Assembly: GCF_017873395.1 (NCBI RefSeq)
Contig: NZ_JAGGKC010000035.1
Location: 1-32,000 of the forward strand
Direction: 5' to 3'
DNA: 32,000 nt
Source: Youngiibacter multivorans
GTDB taxonomy: Bacteria; Bacillota; Clostridia; Clostridiales; Clostridiaceae
The position numbers were made by a program, and so were the translations under genes. The notes under the pieces were generated by a model that saw nothing but the letters and a program-made list of their open reading frames with translations, was not told the DNA's origin and did not search any database. Positions 25,549 through 32,000 of this stretch are shown in pieces (position 1 is the stretch's first letter; the number at the start of each line of letters is the position of its first letter).

Positions 25549-26916
25549 ATGAAGACAGTATATATAGGTGGTGGACAGGGATTTTGGGGAGATACCAACG
25601 ATGGTGCAATAGCCATGGTAGAAAACGCGAAAATTGACTATCTTGCCTGCGACTACCTTGCTGAGCTTACGTTGTCAATAATGCAGAAGCAAAAGAATAA
25701 AAATCCTAACGCTGGCTTCGCCAAGGATTTCATAACCTTATACGAACAGATAGCTGAGACCTGCTACAAAAAGAAGATTAGAATAATAACCAATGCGGGC
25801 GGAATGAACATCACTGGAGCTGTAAAGGAAATCGAAAAGATTGCCAAAGCAAAGGGACTAAAGGGCCTGAAGATAGGTTATGTACTTGGAGACGACATTA
25901 AGGACAAGCTTCCTGGACTTCTCGAAAGCGGAGTAAAGTTCGTTAATATGGACAATGAAGGCGAATTCACTGAAATTCTTGATAGGATTTATAACGTCAA
26001 CGCATACCACGGATATGAACCTATACTAAAGTGTCTGGAAAAAGGTGCAGATATCGTGATAACTGGAAGGGCTACCGATTCAAGCCTTTTTCTAGCACCG
26101 CTTATCCACGAATTCGGCTGGGATCCTAGTGACCATGATAATATGGCAAAAGGAATAATCACTGGACACCTCCTCGAATGCGGTGGACAGGTTTCTGGTG
26201 GAAACTGTGACTACAATTGGAGAGATATTCCTGACCTTGCAGACCTTGGATTCCCGATAGCTGAGGTCACTCAAGACAGTCTCATCATTACAAAAACTCC
26301 GGGAACGGGCGGACTTGTAACAGAACAGTCAGTGAAAGAACAGCTGCTTTATGAGATTCATGACCCTGCAAACTATATAACTCCTGATGTCATAGTTGAC
26401 GTGAGCCATGCAACTGTTGAGAGTATAGGAGAGAACAGAGTAAAGGTTTCAAATATAAAAGGAAAACCTGCGCCTGACTCTCTCAAGCTCTGCGTGGGGT
26501 ATTCAGCTGGATTCAAGGTTGAATCTTTATACTGCTTCGCATGGCCTGATGCCTATGACAAGGCAAAGCTTGCTTCAGAAATAGTCATGGAAAAGATGAG
26601 AAAGAAGGACATGAAGACCGAGGAGGTCAGGATCGATTACGTAGGCCTCAATTCACTTCACCTGTCGCTTGCAGACATGTCAGAAGAAAGGCTCAAGGAC
26701 CTCAATGAGGTAATCCTTAGGATAGCGATAAGGACAAAAGACAAGTCAGAGGCTGAGAAGATAATACCTGAGATTGCACCGCTTCAGCTGAACGGACCTC
26801 CAGGTGGAGCCCTGTTCGGAGGAAGATCCAAAGTGAGTGAGGTTATCGCCCTATGGCCGACAGTAGTGCCAAAGTCCAGCGTAGTGCTTACTTCAAACAA
26901 TCTGGAGGTGCTTTAG
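25549..26916 (+). CDS. AtuA-like acyclic-terpene-utilisation family protein (DUF1446 domain)
   Basis: ATG 25549 lies after GGGAG. The N-terminus IGGGQGFWGD and ...ADIVITGRATDSSL... fit the recalled DUF1446 pattern. 455 aa. Confidence 0.65.
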   Translation: MKTVYIGGGQGFWGDTNDGAIAMVENAKIDYLACDYLAELTLSIMQKQKNKNPNAGFAKDFITLYEQIAETCYKKKIRIITNAGGMNITGAVKEIEKIAKAKGLKGLKIGYVLGDDIKDKLPGLLESGVKFVNMDNEGEFTEILDRIYNVNAYHGYEPILKCLEKGADIVITGRATDSSLFLAPLIHEFGWDPSDHDNMAKGIITGHLLECGGQVSGGNCDYNWRDIPDLADLGFPIAEVTQDSLIITKTPGTGGLVTEQSVKEQLLYEIHDPANYITPDVIVDVSHATVESIGENRVKVSNIKGKPAPDSLKLCVGYSAGFKVESLYCFAWPDAYDKAKLASEIVMEKMRKKDMKTEEVRIDYVGLNSLHLSLADMSEERLKDLNEVILRIAIRTKDKSEAEKIIPEIAPLQLNGPPGGALFGGRSKVSEVIALWPTVVPKSSVVLTSNNLEVL

Positions 26917-26917
26917 G

Positions 26918-27241
26918 ATGAAGAAGACATACTATCTCAAAGACCTGGCACATGGCAGATCGGGTGATAAGGGAGACAGAAGCAATATCTGTATGTTTGC
27001 AAGGAAGCCTGAAGACTTTGAATTCCTAAAGCAAGAGCTTACTGCAGCAAGGGTCAAGGAATACTTCGGGGACTTGGTGAAGGGTGACGTGGTAAGGTAT
27101 GAGGTCGATTCTCTCAAGGGATTTAACTTTGTAATGGACAAAGCATTAGGCGGCGGAGCTACGATGTCAATCAGGATGGATAACCTCGGAAAGACGATGT
27201 ATACGGCACTTCTGAGGATGAAGCTTGAACGTGAAGAATAA
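26918..27241 (+). CDS. Small protein resembling the C-terminal domain of long AtuA proteins (split subunit)
   Basis: LAHGRSGDKGDRSNI...VVRYEV.SLKGFNFVM...LGGGATMSIRMDNLGKT resembles the tail of full-length AtuA. The start is 1 nt after the upstream stop, with a GGAGGTG RBS. Confidence 0.55.
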   Translation: MKKTYYLKDLAHGRSGDKGDRSNICMFARKPEDFEFLKQELTAARVKEYFGDLVKGDVVRYEVDSLKGFNFVMDKALGGGATMSIRMDNLGKTMYTALLRMKLEREE

Positions 27242-27251
27242 GGAGGAGAAA

Positions 27252-28520
27252 ATGAAGAACAGCGAATACAAAGGATTTTATAAGCTTTCTATTGAGGACA
27301 GGCTGAAGGAGGTTGTTGAATTTGCAGGCTTAACAAAGGATGAGTCTGAAGCTCTAAGTGACCCGAATGTACTCACCTCGGATATGGCTGACCATATGGT
27401 TGAGAATGTTATCGGAAGGTACTCTCTTCCAATGGGTGTAGCAGTCAACTTTCTGATAAATGGAAAGGATTATCTGATACCAATGGTTACAGAAGAGCCA
27501 TCTGTCGTAGCAGCTGCAAGCAACGGAGCCAAGATAGCAAGAGAAAATGGAGGTGTATTTGCGAGCAACAGCGGAACTGTAATGATTTCACAGATTCAGG
27601 TATTGGACATTGAGGACGCCAATTATGCAAGAATAAAAGTTCTGGAAAACCGAAAGGCAATATCTGAAAAATGTAATGAAATGGATCCTGTTCTGATCAA
27701 GCTTGGCGGGGGAGTAGTAGATGTTGAGGCGAAAGTTGTTGAATCAACGATTATAGGCGACATGCTGGTAGTGCACCTTAAGGTAAACACCCTTGATGCA
27801 ATGGGAGCGAATGCGGTAAATACAATGGCAGAAGGTATCTCACCATTCATAGAGGAAATCACTGGTGGTCGTGTTAACCTAAGAATTTTATCTAATCTTG
27901 CTATATTCAGGCTTGCAAGGGCAAGAGCAAAGTTCAGCAAAGAAAGTCTTGGGGGAGAACATGTGGTTGATGCAATAATTGATGCCTATGCGTTCGCTGA
28001 AGCTGATCCTTTCAGGGCGGCTACACACAATAAGGGAATAATGAACGGAATTTCAGCAGCTGTCCTTGCTACTGGAAACGACACAAGAGCAGTTGAATCA
28101 GGAGCACACGCTTATGCATCCATAAGCGGTTCCTATAAGCCGTTATCTACATGGGAGAAGGATAAAAACGGAGATCTAGTCGGAACCCTAGAACTTCCAA
28201 TGGCTGTCGGTCTGGTTGGTGGAGCTACCAAAGTCCATCCTCAGGCTAAAGCTGCAGTAAGGATACTCAATGTCAAGTCTGCAGGGGAACTAGGCCAAGT
28301 GTTCGCAGCACTCGGACTCATTCAGAATTTTGCGGCAGTAAGGGTTCTTGCTACTGAGGGAGTTCAAAGAGGTCATATGGGTCTGCATGCGAGGAATATT
28401 GCAGCAGTAGCCGGAGCGACAGGAGATGCTCTTGAAGCAATAGTCAAGAGAATGGTTTCAGAGAAGAAAGTACGGGTTGAGTATGCTCAGGAACTGTTAA
28501 AGGAATATGAAAATAAATAA
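27252..28520 (+). CDS. mvaA: Class II hydroxymethylglutaryl-CoA reductase
   Basis: Motifs: ENVIG, MVTEEPSVVAAASNGAK, LDAMGANAVNTMAE, GNDTRA, GLVGGATKVHP, RGHMGLHARN. ATG 27252 lies after AGGAGGAG. Confidence 0.9.
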   Translation: MKNSEYKGFYKLSIEDRLKEVVEFAGLTKDESEALSDPNVLTSDMADHMVENVIGRYSLPMGVAVNFLINGKDYLIPMVTEEPSVVAAASNGAKIARENGGVFASNSGTVMISQIQVLDIEDANYARIKVLENRKAISEKCNEMDPVLIKLGGGVVDVEAKVVESTIIGDMLVVHLKVNTLDAMGANAVNTMAEGISPFIEEITGGRVNLRILSNLAIFRLARARAKFSKESLGGEHVVDAIIDAYAFAEADPFRAATHNKGIMNGISAAVLATGNDTRAVESGAHAYASISGSYKPLSTWEKDKNGDLVGTLELPMAVGLVGGATKVHPQAKAAVRILNVKSAGELGQVFAALGLIQNFAAVRVLATEGVQRGHMGLHARNIAAVAGATGDALEAIVKRMVSEKKVRVEYAQELLKEYENK

Positions 28521-28545
28521 CTTAATTTATCAGGGGGGAATCAGA

Positions 28546-29010
28546 ATGGAAAATAAGAAGGTCCAACTAACTGAAGTCTGGGGCGACACCGTTGACCTGA
28601 AAGAACTATTAATATCATCCATCCTTGGTATAGTACTTACTGTTGGCACGTATCTCATAGGTAGGAGTATTTTCCTAAAGATAGAGGGACTTGACATCGG
28701 CCTTGCCAAAGGATACTCGCTTCTCGTCGGTATAGGGGGGTGTGTAGCTTCTGGTATAATTTCCGCAAAACTATTCAAGCCAAAAAGGATTGTTGAGGAA
28801 AAATTTGAGAATGAGAATATAGAAGAAATCTTAATGGCAGCAGGGATGACAGTTGAAGATGAGATCAATGCACTGAGAAATGTTGATCCCGCAATCATAG
28901 CAGAAATGGAAGAGTTCGAGCTATACAGCCTGCTCGAGCTTGTGCCTGAGGACTCACCAAACTACAAACCTGAATACAAGGAAAAGGCAAAGGCAAAGGG
29001 GGGAAAATAA
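28546..29010 (+). CDS. Small membrane protein (2 predicted TM helices plus acidic cytoplasmic tail), possible small subunit of the adjacent permease
   Basis: ATG 28546. Hydrophobic segments are LLISSILGIVLTVGTYLIG and YSLLVGIGGCVASGIISA. Its stop abuts the ATG of the TctA-like gene. Confidence 0.55.
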   Translation: MENKKVQLTEVWGDTVDLKELLISSILGIVLTVGTYLIGRSIFLKIEGLDIGLAKGYSLLVGIGGCVASGIISAKLFKPKRIVEEKFENENIEEILMAAGMTVEDEINALRNVDPAIIAEMEEFELYSLLELVPEDSPNYKPEYKEKAKAKGGK

Positions 29011-30381
29011 ATGTTATTATTACAGGCTTTCATCGCAGCTACCCTTGGAGGAGTGCTGTATACAATAATCGGAATTATACCTGGAACAGATGAGACGGCT
29101 ACAATGGCTCCTGTTACTCTCATTCTCGTACTCATGGGTCTGCCTGGTGAGGTGCTCTTCGCTTGGTTCGTCGGTATAATCGTTGCCATGCAGATAAGCC
29201 ATACCATACCTACAGCAATGGCTGCACTTCCTGGAAGCACTATGGCTGTACCTATGGTACTAAACAGCTCAATAGCAAAGAGATTGGGTATACCTCATGT
29301 TGCAATGAGAAAGATGGCAGCAGGCTCGCTCATTGGATCGATCACAGGACTTGTAGTGGCAATCGGATTCGCACTTTTAATGGCACCACTAGGTAACATG
29401 GTAAAGCCATACATCGGACTCATATTTACAATCGGAGCTATGGTTATCGGCTATATGTCAAAAGCCAAGTGGGGTGCAGTAATCGCGCTATTCCCTTTCG
29501 CTTTCCTCATACAGGGATTCCAGAGGATAGCAGTTGAAGGTGTCGGTAAGACTCTCTTCATCTCCATATTCATGGGAATCACAATAGGACCTATGATTGC
29601 TGAGGTATTCAATATCTTCATACCAAGCCAAAGAGATAAACAGAGAAGAAACAAACCTTCAACTATTTGGCTTGCACCAGATTCAAGCAAGAAGACAGGG
29701 ATATTCCCTAATCCTTTCAAGATATTCACTAAAAAGCAAAATAAGACTATACTGCTCATGTCTTCTATAGGAGCCTGCACATTTACATTCTCACCAGTAG
29801 GTATGACAGTAATGCTTGGTGAGATTATAAATGGAAAATGCAAGGAACTATATGAAAGAGTGACAACGACACTTGGCGTTCAGGATTCCATAAGCAATAG
29901 CACATATCTTGGAGAGTTCATAATACCTTTGATCGCTTTTGCAGGACTTCCATTGAGCCCAATGGCTGCAGGACCGGGAGCGCCGCTCTTCAACGCACCT
30001 CCTAGGTTTACTGTTGAACCGCTGAATAATCTGGCACAGCTGCTCTCGATACCAGACTACTTCATATTCGGTTTTATCGGAATAGTAGGCGGAGCACTTT
30101 TCGCATTCCCTATAGCTATAAAGAAGGCAAGGTCATGGACAGAGCTCATGTTCAGAGCAGTTAGCCATGAAGCCCTCATAGGAGCATTCATAGGACTCAT
30201 ATGCATGCTTGCATTCTATGAAGCCGGCATTCTTGGAATATTCGTAGCAGTCAGCATAGGCATATTCGGCGGATTACTTCACAACCTATTTGGAATACAC
30301 ACCGGTGTCCAGTTTATGGCATACTATGCATCAGGATATATCGTCACTCAGGCATTGGCTCTTGCAAAGATACTGATTTGA
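29011..30381 (+). CDS. TctA-family (tripartite tricarboxylate transporter large subunit-like) permease
   Basis: 456 aa and polytopic. ...IIGIIPGTDETATMAPVTL... and ...AMAALPGSTMAVPMVL.S.......G...A.....AGSLIGS fit the TctA/DUF112 pattern. Confidence 0.65.
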   Translation: MLLLQAFIAATLGGVLYTIIGIIPGTDETATMAPVTLILVLMGLPGEVLFAWFVGIIVAMQISHTIPTAMAALPGSTMAVPMVLNSSIAKRLGIPHVAMRKMAAGSLIGSITGLVVAIGFALLMAPLGNMVKPYIGLIFTIGAMVIGYMSKAKWGAVIALFPFAFLIQGFQRIAVEGVGKTLFISIFMGITIGPMIAEVFNIFIPSQRDKQRRNKPSTIWLAPDSSKKTGIFPNPFKIFTKKQNKTILLMSSIGACTFTFSPVGMTVMLGEIINGKCKELYERVTTTLGVQDSISNSTYLGEFIIPLIAFAGLPLSPMAAGPGAPLFNAPPRFTVEPLNNLAQLLSIPDYFIFGFIGIVGGALFAFPIAIKKARSWTELMFRAVSHEALIGAFIGLICMLAFYEAGILGIFVAVSIGIFGGLLHNLFGIHTGVQFMAYYASGYIVTQALALAKILI

Positions 30382-30406
30382 TAGAATGATTGAATAGATT
30401 GAGCAG

Positions 30407-30431
30407 ATCCCCGCACTTTGTTTGCGGGGAT
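30407..30431 (+). terminator. Hairpin terminator after the permease gene
   Basis: ATCCCCGCA / TGCGGGGAT 9-bp stem with a 7-nt loop. The T tail is weak. Confidence 0.5.
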
Positions 30432-31101
30432 TCCTGTTGATGAGTTAGTTCAACATTATTATAGATGCATATAACAATTAGATTGAGGTATCCGGAAATG
30501 AGGTGTGAAAAATATAATTAAGCAAATCCTAAAGACATAATGGCATTGAATGATCTACAACATTCAGTTCCGCAACAAAGGAAGTCAGAGAAGAATTTTA
30601 TTATATGGAGCGTGGATATTACTGACCGATACGCTAAAATAGAGTTTTCTGTCTACACTGTTTTACATTTTTAAAGGGTAAATTAACTTCCTTTTAGTAA
30701 GCTGTGAGATTTAATGTAAAAACCATAGTAGTTGTTTGTCTGTTAAGTCATGAAGAGTTTTATAGTTGTACTTCAACTTAAGTAACCATTTTCCGGTAAG
30801 TCCAAGGATTTAGACCTGGAATTGGGTAAACACATACTTTACCTAATTCATAGTATCTGGTATAACTGCAAATCTTCAAGACTAGCCACTTCTCGTAAAA
30901 ATACAAATCCCTTCGTAACTTTATTTCTCTGAAAAAGGCGAAATTGCCAGGATGTAGGATTTGAAACATACTAATAGTCCAAACTGTATACGCAGCAGAA
31001 GATAATTCAGAAGTGTAATCAGGTGACATTATGTGGCTGTTCTTAGTTATTGTAATAGCTGGCTGGAGTAATAAGCATATCATAAAACCAGGAGGATAAT
31101 A

Positions 31102-32000
31102 ATGAAAGAAATTGTTATAGTAAGTGCTTCAAGGACACCGATAGGGTGCTTCATGGGAGCTTTTTCTGATGTCCAGGCAAAGACACTTGGAGCAGTGAGC
31201 TTAAGGGAAACGATCAGACGGGCGGGAATTGACCCTAATATTATTGATGAGGTCATAATCGGAAATATCAGCGGAACTGACCCGAAGGGAAACCCTGCAA
31301 GGGAAGCAGCACTTGATGCCGGTATTCCAATAGAGGTGCCGGCCTTCACTGTAAACAAGAACTGCGCATCAAGCATTAAGAGCGTATCTCTGGCAGCCAC
31401 TATGATAAAGGCCGGGGAGGCTGACATAATGCTTGCGGGCGGCATGGAGAACATGACTAGGATCCCCTATGTGATAAGGAACGCTCGCAATGGCTTAAGG
31501 ATGGGCAAAGATACGATAGACGACCTATTGTCTGACCTCCTTGAGGGAATGGGGATGACAGCGGAGAGGCTTGCGGGAAAGTACAATATCAGCCGTGAGG
31601 AACAGGATAGGTTTGCTTACTCCAGCCAGATGAAGGCTGCGAAAGCAATGGAGCTTGGTGCCTTCGATGATGAGATTACCCCTATAGAGGTTATGACAAG
31701 GAAGGGAACTGTCACAGTATCAAAGGATGAGGGAGTGAAGCCAGGCACTACATATGAAGGACTTGCAAAGCTAAAGCCTGCCTTCAAGAAAGACGGTACG
31801 GTGACTCCCGGAAATTCCTCAACAATCAATGATGCAGGCGCTTCAGTGCTTCTGATGAGCAGGGAAAAAGCCAGGGAGCTTCAACTTAAACCTATGGCTA
31901 AAGTTGTAGGCTGGGCATCTGCAGGGTGTGACCCAGAAATTATGGGTATAGGACCGGTGCCTGCTACAAGGAAGCTTCTTGAGAAGACAGGAATGAAGCT
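31102..32000 (+). CDS. Acetyl-CoA C-acetyltransferase (thiolase), 3' partial
   Basis: Not in the ORF track because it runs off the window. AGGAGG + ATG 31102. The sequence begins MKEIVIVSASRTPIGCFMGAF...FTVNKNCASSIKS (active-site Cys) ...PGNSSTINDAGASVLLMS... Confidence 0.9.
   Translation, partial: MKEIVIVSASRTPIGCFMGAFSDVQAKTLGAVSLRETIRRAGIDPNIIDEVIIGNISGTDPKGNPAREAALDAGIPIEVPAFTVNKNCASSIKSVSLAATMIKAGEADIMLAGGMENMTRIPYVIRNARNGLRMGKDTIDDLLSDLLEGMGMTAERLAGKYNISREEQDRFAYSSQMKAAKAMELGAFDDEITPIEVMTRKGTVTVSKDEGVKPGTTYEGLAKLKPAFKKDGTVTPGNSSTINDAGASVLLMSREKARELQLKPMAKVVGWASAGCDPEIMGIGPVPATRKLLEKTGMK

Noticed and set aside
30778-31083. 101-aa minus-strand ORF upstream of the thiolase
   Set aside because: No convincing RBS at either candidate start (31083 or 31029). 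Its 5' end would sit 18 nt from the thiolase start. No family recognised. It may be a gene fragment, but it is not supportable as a feature.
31080-31829. Minus-strand ORFs 31080..31454 and 31617..31829
   Set aside because: They are antisense to the thiolase CDS. That CDS is missing from the ORF track only because it has no stop inside the window.
27252-32000. HMG-CoA reductase plus thiolase as an ordinary biosynthetic upper mevalonate pathway
   Set aside because: This is not fully excluded, but several points argue against it: sigma-54 inducible control, a co-transcribed carboxylate permease, the AtuA-like partners, the 720-bp gap before the thiolase, and no HMG-CoA synthase or mevalonate kinase in view. 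The downstream sequence is needed to settle it.
1-32000. CRISPR arrays, tRNA/rRNA genes, tRNA-type attachment site
   Set aside because: No regularly spaced repeats or cloverleaf-like or rRNA-like segments were seen by eye. The prophage uses serine recombinases, which do not need a tRNA target.

Overview
All family assignments below come from reading the translations and recalling families; no database search was run.

The window spans a junction between a prophage and chromosomal accessory metabolism in a low-GC Gram-positive, Clostridia-like genome.

(1) 1 to ~10.87 kb is the right arm of an integrated siphovirus-type prophage. It carries, in order:
- distal tail protein and tail-tip protein
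- a Ser/Thr-rich fibre, a DNRLRE-like protein and a twin-CBM protein
- a small accessory operon behind a perfect LexA (Cheo) box, encoding an unknown 86-aa protein and a YdbC/PC4-like ssDNA-binding protein
- two tiny Cys-rich ORFs
- holin and Amidase_3-SPOR endolysin
- a 51-aa ORF and two translationally coupled serine recombinases, followed by a terminator

(2) 10.9-15.3 kb is a decaying region. It holds an ICL/PEP-mutase-family enzyme and an anion permease broken by a frameshift inside a TTTC repeat. It also holds IS3 OrfA and OrfB scars, a LuxR-HTH scar and an intact XRE-cupin regulator.

(3) 15.3-23.3 kb is a visibly lower-GC island with a sigma-54 regulon. A PrpR-type activator is flanked by two TGGCAT-N5-TTGCT promoters and GTTGC-repeat enhancer sites. 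These drive a SAF-domain dehydrogenase on one side and a KdgT permease plus amidohydrolase on the other. A DUF1537 acid-sugar kinase and a class II aldolase/decarboxylase pair follow.

(4) 23.7-32 kb is a second sigma-54 module. It has a PAS-AAA+ activator, a third identical promoter core, a split AtuA-like (DUF1446 plus detached C-terminal domain) pair and a class II HMG-CoA reductase. It continues with a 2-TM protein, a TctA-like permease and, after a gap, a thiolase running off the window.

The most interesting candidate is module (4). It looks like an inducible catabolic route for mevalonate or an HMG-like hydroxy-acid. The uncharacterised AtuA pair sits where an HMG-CoA lyase would be expected.
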